A stretch of 64,000 nt of DNA from Rhodothermales bacterium (GTDB taxonomy: Bacteria > Bacteroidota > Rhodothermia > Rhodothermales > UBA10348), in NCBI GenBank assembly GCA_040221055.1, contig JAVJVN010000012.1:48890-112889 (forward strand), written 5' to 3'. Positions 47,775 through 55,650 of the stretch are shown here, piece by piece. The position numbers were made by a program, and so were the translations under genes. Position 1 is the first letter of the stretch, and the number at the start of each line of letters is the position of its first letter. The notes below the pieces were generated by a model that saw only the letters and a program-made list of their open reading frames with translations, was not told the DNA's origin and ran no database searches.

Positions 47775-48761
47775 ATGACTTGGGACGGCATCCACATTCC
47801 CGCGGGCTTTCTGGAAGCATCGGAAGCGGACGGTGAGGTGATCGGATTTTCGGAAGAGCAGCGGCCCATCCGCGCTCGCGTACTGGGTAGTGGTCCGCGC
47901 CGGATCTTCCTGATGGGCGGGGCACACGCCGACGAGCCGGTCGGCCCCACGACGCTTCGGGCACTGGTCCGGGCCGACCACTCCACGCCCTTCTTCCAGT
48001 CCCTTTTCTCGGAATGGACGCTGTGCGTGGTGCCGCATGTGAACCCCGACGGCGAGGCGCGCAATGCCGGGTGGCGAGATGCTTGGCCGGATCCGGAAGC
48101 GTACATGGCCGGTGTGCGACGTGAGCCTCCGGGCAGGGACCTCGAGTTCGGGTTTCCTGACATGCGTCCCGAAAACGAGGTGGTCGCAGCGTTCATGCGG
48201 AAATACGCCCCGTTCCGTGTCCACGCCAGCCTCCATGGCATGGGGTTCTCTGAGGGCGCACTGCTGTTGATAGAGAAAAACTGGGCGTACCGGACCGAAG
48301 CCCTGCAACGCGCCTTTATCCGGGCGGCGAACACCCATGGACTCGGGCTGCACGACCACAACCGGAAGGGAGAGAAGGGGTTCTTCAGGATTGCCGCCGG
48401 ATTCACGACGACCCCGGAGGGGGAGGCCATGCGCCGGTATTTCCTGTCCCACGACGAGCCCGAGACGGCTGCCCTGTTCCGGATGAGCTCCATGGAATAC
48501 GTCCGTTCACTCGGAGGGGACCCGCTCTGTGCCGTGACGGAGCTCCCGCTTTTCCTGGTGGACGGGTCGGCGGGGCAGCCTGAGCGACCGGAGGCGTATC
48601 TGGCGTTCCGCGAACGGCTGCCGGCCATTCGCTCGGGACTGGCAAACGGCCGGTCCGTGCGATCGGAATGGACGCCATTCGGGCTGCCCCCCGTGCCGGT
48701 GACCTCGGCGGTGGATATCCATCTGCAGACGCTTGCCGCACTCATCCAAACAGCCACATGA
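47775..48761 (+). CDS. M14-family zinc metallopeptidase (MpaA/carboxypeptidase-like)
   Basis: The start is at ATG 47775 (MTWDGIHIP...). It has the zinc motif GGAHADEP (HxxE), VPHVNPDGEARN, and a third His context ASLHGMG. Confidence 0.7.
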   Translation: MTWDGIHIPAGFLEASEADGEVIGFSEEQRPIRARVLGSGPRRIFLMGGAHADEPVGPTTLRALVRADHSTPFFQSLFSEWTLCVVPHVNPDGEARNAGWRDAWPDPEAYMAGVRREPPGRDLEFGFPDMRPENEVVAAFMRKYAPFRVHASLHGMGFSEGALLLIEKNWAYRTEALQRAFIRAANTHGLGLHDHNRKGEKGFFRIAAGFTTTPEGEAMRRYFLSHDEPETAALFRMSSMEYVRSLGGDPLCAVTELPLFLVDGSAGQPERPEAYLAFRERLPAIRSGLANGRSVRSEWTPFGLPPVPVTSAVDIHLQTLAALIQTAT

Positions 48762-49284
48762 CCACGTAAACGCCCAGGAACATGGCTACGATGTCGGCGG
48801 CCAGTCCGGCGGGCACCGCATGGCGGGTTTTCTTCACATTGACCGCCCCGAAATAGACGGCAATCACGTAAAACGTTGTCTCCGTGGATCCGAACATCGT
48901 GGCGACCATCTTGACCAGGATGGAGTCCTCTCCGAACTGCTGGATCATGTCCAACACGATGGCAGCCGATCCTGAACCGGTCAGCGGCCGGATGATCATC
49001 ATGGGCAGGACCTCGGGAGGTACGCCTATCCAACCCAGGACGGGTCGGAGGCCTTCCACCATGAACTCCATGGCGCCCGAAGCACGGAACATGCCGATGG
49101 CAAACAGGATGGCCACGAGGTAGGGGATGATGGTGACCGCCACCTTGAAGCCGTCCTTGGCTCCTTCCACGAACTCCTCATAGACCGGGACCCTCTTGAT
49201 GAGTCCATACAAGGGAAAGCCGACGATGAGCAGCGGAAGGACAAAGACGGAGACGATTTCTATGATCGATCGAACGGTATCCAT
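48742..49284 (-). CDS. SpmB-like nucleoside-recognition (Gate) domain membrane protein
   Basis: It is 180 aa with ~4 TM segments, plus PLTGSGSAAIV and STETTFYVIAVYFG segments typical of the spore-maturation-protein-B family. Confidence 0.75.
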   Translation of the reverse strand: MDTVRSIIEIVSVFVLPLLIVGFPLYGLIKRVPVYEEFVEGAKDGFKVAVTIIPYLVAILFAIGMFRASGAMEFMVEGLRPVLGWIGVPPEVLPMMIIRPLTGSGSAAIVLDMIQQFGEDSILVKMVATMFGSTETTFYVIAVYFGAVNVKKTRHAVPAGLAADIVAMFLGVYVVMWLFG

Positions 49285-49285
49285 G

Positions 49286-50245
49286 TCAGGCCTCCTCCTT
49301 TGCGGGTATGCGGTAGCGCTTCAGACCGGACAGGAACCGGGCCGAAAAGATGGCGACCGCCAGTGAGATGGTCGTTACGATGATGATGGCAAAGATCAAT
49401 TCATTGATCTGGAGTCCCATGAGCGCCACCAGGATGACGGGTGGCACCAACTGCACGCTGGCCGTATTCATGGCCAGGAGCATGACCATGGAGTTCGTGG
49501 CGGTATCCGGATCCGGATTCAGGGTCTGCAGCTCTTCCATGGCCTTGATGCCGAGCGGCGTTGCGGCATTGCCCAGGCCCAGCATGTTCGCCGTCAGGTT
49601 GAGCACGATCATGCCCAGAGCGGGATGGCCCTTGGGAATTTCCGGAAACAACGGACCGAAAATGGGCTGGGTGAACCGCACCACGGCGTGGATCATGCCG
49701 GATGCCTCGGCAATCTTCAACAAGCCCATCCAGAGCGCTATCACGCCGATGAGTCCCAGGGCCAGCGTGACCGCGGTTTCCGCCATGGAGAAGGCCGCCG
49801 ACGCAATGGCCTGCATCTTCACGAAACGGACCTTCTCGAACCGGATGATGGCCGTCGCGGTCGAGTCCGAGGTCGGCGTGAGGGACAGCACCGGGCCCCG
49901 AAGGTCGTTGTCCCGCGGCGAGGTCATGTCCCGGATGGTTGCGAGCGGCTCGGGGACCGAGGCGTCGGCGGCGAACCGGAGTTGCATGCCGTCGGCTGTC
50001 CGGACCAACGTACCGCTCCAGGGACCGCCAGAGCCGTGCTCCACACCATACAGTTGCCGGAAACGATCGTCCGGAATAGTCACCGTGACCGGCTGCCGTC
50101 GCAGGTCGGATTGGCTGTCCATTCCGATATCCAATGCGACTTCCGCATTATTGCGATACGTGTCCCGGGCCAGGTCACGGGTATCGTAGACAAGGGCGAA
50201 GACGAGACTGATGATGATCAGTCCGCCCCAGATGTAATTCAGCAT
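49286..50245 (-). CDS. SpmA-like nucleoside-recognition (Gate) domain membrane protein with a ~120-aa soluble insert
   Basis: It has the MLNYIWGGLIIISLVF N-terminus and later LTANMLGLGNAATPLGIKAM, which is Gate-domain-like. Residues ~20-140 are non-hydrophobic and absent from short SpmA proteins, as I remember them. AGGAGG lies 4 nt upstream of the ATG. Confidence 0.75.
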   Translation of the reverse strand: MLNYIWGGLIIISLVFALVYDTRDLARDTYRNNAEVALDIGMDSQSDLRRQPVTVTIPDDRFRQLYGVEHGSGGPWSGTLVRTADGMQLRFAADASVPEPLATIRDMTSPRDNDLRGPVLSLTPTSDSTATAIIRFEKVRFVKMQAIASAAFSMAETAVTLALGLIGVIALWMGLLKIAEASGMIHAVVRFTQPIFGPLFPEIPKGHPALGMIVLNLTANMLGLGNAATPLGIKAMEELQTLNPDPDTATNSMVMLLAMNTASVQLVPPVILVALMGLQINELIFAIIIVTTISLAVAIFSARFLSGLKRYRIPAKEEA

Positions 50246-50540
50246 GGCACCTCCTGTGTCCGCTGGGTCCTGAATCTCCGGTCTCCATTCCCGGATTGTG
50301 ATGCAGATGATACGAAAAAACGGTCGGGGCGGATACGAGCCACCCCGACCGTCTTTACATCAGACCAGAAGGTACGGTGAGTGTATCGGCTGGCCGAAGT
50401 CCGATTTAAGGTCGTCACGTGAAGGATGCGTGAAGCACGGGGCGGGCCGTATTAAGAATCAACCGGTGCGGACGACACTTCCCGTGGAGTCCTGGCATCC
50501 TTTTCCATTGTTCAGAACCAACCGTGTCCGAGTGACGCCC
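50246..50540 (-). promoter_or_regulatory. structured 5' leader of the spmA/spmB-like operon (candidate riboswitch or attenuator, class unknown)
   Basis: This is a 295-nt non-coding gap. On the minus strand there are nested helices (AAGGATGC...GCATCCTT enclosing CACGGG...CCCGTG, then ATCGG...CCGAT). These are followed by a strong terminator hairpin plus U-tract 69 nt before the ATG. Confidence 0.45.
50315..50352 (-). terminator. intrinsic terminator hairpin inside the leader
   Basis: On the minus strand the sequence is ACGGTCGGGG-TGGCTCGTATCCG-CCCCGACCGT followed by TTTTT (A-run 50315-50320 on the plus strand). The 10-bp perfect stem is extendable by 3 pairs. No minus-strand gene ends upstream of it. 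Confidence 0.6.
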
Positions 50541-51668
50541 ATGATTCGCGGCATCCTGCGTATGGTCGCCCTTACTGCCGTGGTGTACGTTTCGGCGTGC
50601 TCCACGGCCGTGGATGTGGATCCGGGGCCGGATGATCCCGGGCTTCCGGATGTGCCGTCGGTCCGGATGGAAGTAGCTGCCTATCATCCATACTGGGCCA
50701 CGTCCGCATGGTCGCAGTACGACATGGATCTGTTGGATGTCCTGTTTTTCTTCGATCTTCCCATCTCGCCGACAGGCACGATCGAGGACCGGCGGGGCTG
50801 GCCCCACGCCTGGTTCGATCTCATTGCCGCCGCTGAATCCGCGGACACCCCCATCCATGTCACGGTCAGCATCCTTGAGGCACATGTATTCCGGAGTGTA
50901 TTCTCGACGCCGACGTACGTACAGACGCTCGAAGAGACGTTGGTCGACCTGTCCGCTTCCGGATCGGTTTCGGGCCTGCACCTGGATGTTGAACTGTTCG
51001 AGCCGGTATCCGATCAGGAACGGAATGCATTCACGGACCTGGTACGCCGGTTGTCGGTTCGCCTGAAGCAGGGCCGCCCGGATTTCCAGCTCAGCATCTT
51101 CCTGACCGCCACGGACCCGGCCGAAGCCTATGACGACCAGGCTCTCGCTGCAGCCGTGGACTTCGTGGTCATCCAGGCGTATGATCTGCATTGGTTGACG
51201 AGTCCGACGGCCGGGCCGGTTTCACCGCTCCATGGCTGGGGTGATCGCAACTGGGGGGCCATCCTGGCCCGCGCCGAGCAGAACGGGATCCAGAGGGAAA
51301 AAATGTTGTTTTCCGTACCCTACTATGGCTATGAATGGCCCACCGTGGACAGTCTCTCGGGTGCTGCGACGCGCGGTCCCGGGCGGCTGACGACCTATGC
51401 GCCTGCGCTCGTCGGCGTGCCGGCCGCCCGGGACCGCGCAATCCTGAACGGCATGCAACGGGATCCCGTATCGGGCTCGCCGTGGTACGCAATCCAGGAT
51501 TCGACGGGATGGACGCAGGGTTGGTATGAGGATGCCACGTCACTGGCCCTGAAATACGACTTCGTCCAACAGGAAGCGCTGCGGGGTGTGGCCATTTTTC
51601 CGTACGCGTATGGCGATGCCACCCTCGAATCGGCGCTTCGGGACGCCCGGATGACCCCATTGCCATGA
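50541..51668 (+). CDS. GH18-like (YaaH/chitinase-fold) lipoprotein, paralog 1
   Basis: The ATG at 50541 gives MIRGILRMVALTAVVYVSAC (a lipobox). The catalytic-region analogue is SGLHLDVELFE (DxE retained), followed later by YYGYEW and a tail typical of the GH18 TIM barrel (GVAIFPYAYGD). Confidence 0.65.
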   Translation: MIRGILRMVALTAVVYVSACSTAVDVDPGPDDPGLPDVPSVRMEVAAYHPYWATSAWSQYDMDLLDVLFFFDLPISPTGTIEDRRGWPHAWFDLIAAAESADTPIHVTVSILEAHVFRSVFSTPTYVQTLEETLVDLSASGSVSGLHLDVELFEPVSDQERNAFTDLVRRLSVRLKQGRPDFQLSIFLTATDPAEAYDDQALAAAVDFVVIQAYDLHWLTSPTAGPVSPLHGWGDRNWGAILARAEQNGIQREKMLFSVPYYGYEWPTVDSLSGAATRGPGRLTTYAPALVGVPAARDRAILNGMQRDPVSGSPWYAIQDSTGWTQGWYEDATSLALKYDFVQQEALRGVAIFPYAYGDATLESALRDARMTPLP

Positions 51669-52873
51669 TGTCGACATCTCCATCTGGATTCCTGCGTGCC
51701 GGTCCGGGCACCCTCGTGCGATCCCTGGCCGTGTTGGTGGTCTGGGCGCTGTTTTCCGTTGGGGTCGCCCGCGCACAAACAGACTCAACCCGAGCCGACA
51801 CGACCCAGGCTGACAAAATTCAGGCTGACTCCTCCGCGTGGCGTCCCTATGTGGCCGGGTACTATGCGCACTGGATGGGGGATGCCTGGAAGGACATGGA
51901 CCTCACTCTGTACGACCGCGTCCTGTTCTTCACCACACGGGTGGATTCACTCGGACTCATTCTGACCCGGAATGGCTGGCCCGAAGCGTGGACCGGGCTG
52001 GACAGCGCCGCCACGGCTGCCGGAGCCGATCTCATTCCGACCGTCGCCATGATGGAGCGGGAAACCATTTTGCCGGTCTTCGCGGACTCCGTCCGGTGGA
52101 CGCGTCTGGTGGGTGAAATCGAACGGTTGGTAGCCGAGTCCGCAAGTCCGGGTGTCCATCTGGACATCGAACTCTTCGAGCCTGCTCCCGACAGTGTCGT
52201 CGCAGGCTTCGCGTCGTTCCTTCGATTGTTGAACGGCGTCCTGCCCGACTCGGTGGATATTTCGGTATTCGCGCCGGCCTTCGATGTCAGCCGCATGTTC
52301 GATCTCCCGAGCCTGGAACCGCTCGTGGACGATTTTTACGTCCAGGGATACGATCTGCATTGGCTTGACGGGCCGTCGGCCGGACCGGTGGCCCCGATGG
52401 ACGGGTGGGGTGGGGCCAACTGGCAGACCATCCTGGCGCGGTACCGGGAGGCCGGCATCCCGGACGAGCGGATTGTCATGACGCTGCCCTACTACGGCTA
52501 TGAGTGGCCGGTGGCGTCGACGGCGTTCGGTGCCGCAACCACGGGCAAGGGGCATATCCTGACCTATGCCCGCGTGGACAGTACCCGGCTGCCGGATATC
52601 CAGCGGTCCGTGGAAGGCCGCCTGGAGATCCTGGGGCTGCTGCGCGACGACATTTCAGGCAGCCCGTTCTATACCTGGATGGATTCGACCGGACTGTACC
52701 AGGGCTGGTTCGAAGATGAGGAGAGCATTGGAACGAAGCTGGACTTCATCCGACGCGAAAGCTTGGGTGGAGCGGCCGTGTTCCTGATGGGATACGACCG
52801 GGGCCTGTTCAATCCCGCGATCAGAGCATTCAGGAGCCAGCCTGGGGATCGTGGTCCGAACAAAACTCCATGA
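51665..52873 (+). CDS. GH18-like secreted protein, paralog 2
   Basis: It overlaps paralog 1 by ATGA and has a signal peptide ending GVARAQ. It is collinear with paralog 1 (PGVHLDIELFEP, VQGYDLHWL, LPYYGYEWPV, GGAAVFLMGYD). Confidence 0.65.
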   Translation: MMSTSPSGFLRAGPGTLVRSLAVLVVWALFSVGVARAQTDSTRADTTQADKIQADSSAWRPYVAGYYAHWMGDAWKDMDLTLYDRVLFFTTRVDSLGLILTRNGWPEAWTGLDSAATAAGADLIPTVAMMERETILPVFADSVRWTRLVGEIERLVAESASPGVHLDIELFEPAPDSVVAGFASFLRLLNGVLPDSVDISVFAPAFDVSRMFDLPSLEPLVDDFYVQGYDLHWLDGPSAGPVAPMDGWGGANWQTILARYREAGIPDERIVMTLPYYGYEWPVASTAFGAATTGKGHILTYARVDSTRLPDIQRSVEGRLEILGLLRDDISGSPFYTWMDSTGLYQGWFEDEESIGTKLDFIRRESLGGAAVFLMGYDRGLFNPAIRAFRSQPGDRGPNKTP

Positions 52874-53243
52874 GGACGCCCCCTGTATCCTTCGGGTGGA
52901 CGAAAAAGATCTGTTTGCCGTCGGCGCCCGGTTTCGGCGCATCGTTCAGCAGACGCAGGCCCAGCGCAGCGGCGTGGGCGTGCATGGCGGACGCATCTTC
53001 CACGGCAAACGCCAGGTGATGCATCCCGGGACCCTGGCGCGCAATGAACCGCGCGATGGGGGAATCCGGCGAGGTGGCTTCCAGCAATTCAATCTTCGTG
53101 CCCCCGGCGTCCAGGAAATGGGTACGGACGCCTTCCGAGACCACTTCCTCGGTCTTGTAGGGCTCGGCACCGAACAGGCGACGGAAACGGTCCAGTGCGG
53201 CGTCAATATCATCGACGGCAATGCCGATATGTTCGAGTTGCAT
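52830..53243 (-). CDS. methylmalonyl-CoA epimerase (VOC/glyoxalase fold)
   Basis: The start is at ATG 53243 (MQLEHIGIAVDDID), with an alternative 10 codons upstream at 53273. It has GMHHLAFAV and FVHPKDTGGVLMEF motifs, and at ~137 aa the length fits. Confidence 0.75.
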   Translation of the reverse strand: MQLEHIGIAVDDIDAALDRFRRLFGAEPYKTEEVVSEGVRTHFLDAGGTKIELLEATSPDSPIARFIARQGPGMHHLAFAVEDASAMHAHAAALGLRLLNDAPKPGADGKQIFFVHPKDTGGVLMEFCSDHDPQAGS

Positions 53244-53271
53244 GGGTTTTTTCGGTAGATTGAAGGCAGCC

Positions 53272-54243
53272 ATGAAAATAGACCACTCCCAGGAACATAC
53301 GCCGCTTACGGACTCCGATTACCAGCGACCGGTCATGATCGCGAGCCTGGTGATCGCGGTCCTCATGCTGGGAGGCAAGACGACCGCGTTCGTGATTACG
53401 GGCTCGGCGGCCATCCTTTCCGATGCGCTTGAGTCGGTCATCCATCTGTTCGCCACGGGGTTTGCGGCCTACAGCATGTGGTATGCATCGCGTCCCGCCG
53501 ATGCGTCGCATCCGTACGGACACGGGAAGATCACCTACTTCTCGTCCGGTTTCGAGGGCGCACTCATCATGATCGCGGCGGTGGCCATTCTGCATACGGC
53601 CATCCTGGATCTCATCCGGGGCCCCCAAATCCAGCATCTGGGCACCGGTCTCTGGATTACGGGCGGGCTGGCGGCCGTGAATGGCCTGCTGGGATTCGCC
53701 CTTGTCCACACCGGTAAGAAGCATCGGAGCATTATCCTTCAAGCCAATGGCCACCATGTACTTACGGACATGTGGACAAGTATCGGTGTAATCGCCGGCC
53801 TCATGCTGGTGTATTGGACGGGCATCCTCTGGTTCGACCCGGTGCTGGCCATCATCGTGGCCCTGAATATCCTCTGGACGGCCTTCCGGTTGATGCGGAA
53901 CTCCGTTCGCGGGCTGCTCGAGACGGTCGATGCGACCGAAACGGAGCGCATCCGTGCGCTGCTCCAGGAAGCCGCAGACAAGGAGGTCGTGAGCGGATTC
54001 CATCAACTGCGGCACCGGCGCATCAACAACGAAGTCTGGATCGAGTACCACCTGTTGTTTCCGGAAGACCTGTCCGTGGCCCTCGCGCATGATCGGAGTC
54101 ATCGCGTGGAGGACGCCGTACATCGGTTGTTTCCGGGTGATGTCGTGGTCGTGACGGCGCATCTGGAGCCCGAACTGCACGATGAAGCCCATTCGGACCG
54201 GCAACCCGAGCCGTTGGACGTGCTGGGAGGGGGGGCGTCATGA
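53272..54243 (+). CDS. cation diffusion facilitator (CDF) family metal transporter
   Basis: The start is at ATG 53272 (MKIDHSQ...). It has six TM segments, the metal-site motifs LSDALESVIH (TM2) and HVLTDMWTS (TM5), and a C-terminal cytoplasmic domain. Confidence 0.85.
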   Translation: MKIDHSQEHTPLTDSDYQRPVMIASLVIAVLMLGGKTTAFVITGSAAILSDALESVIHLFATGFAAYSMWYASRPADASHPYGHGKITYFSSGFEGALIMIAAVAILHTAILDLIRGPQIQHLGTGLWITGGLAAVNGLLGFALVHTGKKHRSIILQANGHHVLTDMWTSIGVIAGLMLVYWTGILWFDPVLAIIVALNILWTAFRLMRNSVRGLLETVDATETERIRALLQEAADKEVVSGFHQLRHRRINNEVWIEYHLLFPEDLSVALAHDRSHRVEDAVHRLFPGDVVVVTAHLEPELHDEAHSDRQPEPLDVLGGGAS

Positions 54244-55646
54244 AAGCCGATATCCTGATTGTGGGAGGAACGGCCGCGGGGACGGCGGCAGCCGCCGAAG
54301 CGCGAAGGCGCAACCCGGATGTCCGGATCGTTCTGGTGGACAGCAATACGGACGTAGCCTACAGCACCTGCGAAATGCCCATGTATGTGGGCGGGGACGT
54401 GGCGTCCGCGGCGGACCTGACGCGGTTTTCGCCGGCTTCGTTCGCGCAGGAATACGCCATCGATGTGCGTTCCGGCGTGCGGGTCCTGTCGGTGGACCTG
54501 AAATCGCGCGTGGCACGGACATCGGATGGCGACCTCCGTTTTGACCGGTTGATCCTGGCCACGGGAGCGCGGGCGACCGTGCCGGCGGCCCTTGCGGAAG
54601 ATCCGGGCACATGGACCGGTTCGGACAGGCGTGCTCCGGATGTACATGTTCTCCGGAACCTGGATGACGCACGGGCCATCCGGGGGTTGTTCGACGAGCG
54701 AGCCGGACAGTCCGACGGGGGTGTTCATCATGCCGTCATCGTGGGGGGCGGGTTCGTGGGCCTGGAAGTGGCCCATGCGTTGCGTTCGCATGACGTCCGG
54801 GTGACGGTGGTCCAGCCGGAGGGCCACGTGCTTTCAGCGGGCCTGCCGAAGGAGCAGGCCGACCGGATGGTTGTCGCCATGCAACACGCCGATGTGGCGG
54901 TCCGACCGACGCGTGCTGTCGGCATGGACAGGGGTCCCGACGGACGCATCCTGGCCTTGCGCACGGACGACGGGGAGCAAATCGGCTGTCAGTTCGTGCT
55001 CGTGGCCACCGGCATTGTGCCGACCTCGGAACTGGCCGACGGCATGGGCCTCGCCTTGACCCCGGGAGGGGCGGTCCAGGTGAATGAACAGATGCGGACG
55101 TCCAGGTCGGACGTCTGGGCATGTGGGGACGTCGTGGAACTGCCGGACGCCATCAGCGGGGGATCCATCTGGGTCCCGTTGGCCATGAACGCGTTCCGCT
55201 CGGGGCGCGTTGCCGGGGCCAATGCCGCACGCAGACCGGGGACGCGCCCCGAGCGGATGATGCCAGTCGTGCCGGCCTTCGCGGTACGGGCATTCGGATT
55301 GGATGCGGCCTACGCGGGTCTCCGCTTGGACGAGGCGCGGGCCGCCGGGTACCGGGCGAAGGCCGTGGACATGACGGGCGCCTCGCATGCCCGGTTGTTG
55401 GGGGGACAGGATGTCCTCCTGCGACTCGTATACGATGAACCCTCGGGGCGCGTACTGGGGGCGGCGACCGTAGGGCCACCGGGCTCCGCCCTGCGAATGA
55501 ATACGGTCGCCGCCCTCATCCGCCTTCGCGGAACGGTGGACGACCTGGAAGCGGCCGATACGGTATATCACCCCCATGTAGCTCCCATGCACGATCCGCT
55601 CAAGGTGGCGGCTCGCCTGGCGCAAAAATCAAGAGAGGAACGATAG
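54240..55646 (+). CDS. FAD-dependent pyridine nucleotide-disulfide oxidoreductase (CoA-disulfide reductase/NADH oxidase-like)
   Basis: It has the dinucleotide motifs ILIVGGTAAGTAAA and VIVGGGFVGLE, plus a single redox Cys context (YSTCEMP). It overlaps the CDF gene by ATGA. Confidence 0.75.
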   Translation: MKADILIVGGTAAGTAAAAEARRRNPDVRIVLVDSNTDVAYSTCEMPMYVGGDVASAADLTRFSPASFAQEYAIDVRSGVRVLSVDLKSRVARTSDGDLRFDRLILATGARATVPAALAEDPGTWTGSDRRAPDVHVLRNLDDARAIRGLFDERAGQSDGGVHHAVIVGGGFVGLEVAHALRSHDVRVTVVQPEGHVLSAGLPKEQADRMVVAMQHADVAVRPTRAVGMDRGPDGRILALRTDDGEQIGCQFVLVATGIVPTSELADGMGLALTPGGAVQVNEQMRTSRSDVWACGDVVELPDAISGGSIWVPLAMNAFRSGRVAGANAARRPGTRPERMMPVVPAFAVRAFGLDAAYAGLRLDEARAAGYRAKAVDMTGASHARLLGGQDVLLRLVYDEPSGRVLGAATVGPPGSALRMNTVAALIRLRGTVDDLEAADTVYHPHVAPMHDPLKVAARLAQKSREER

Positions 55647-55650
55647 ACGG

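Noticed and set aside
46350-48452. 700-aa version of the glgA ORF, and similar N-terminal extensions (387..626, 42999..43304, 50298..50540, 15326..15652)
   Set aside because: The extensions precede family-typical N-termini or signal peptides. They overlap neighbouring genes and have junk-like composition. Internal starts were chosen instead.
50353-50540. Assigning the spmA-like leader to a known riboswitch class
   Set aside because: I compared it by eye with remembered consensus cores (TPP CUGAGA, purine, glycine, c-di-GMP, fluoride, ZTP, cobalamin B12 box, Mn) and found no match. It is left unclassified rather than forcing a name.
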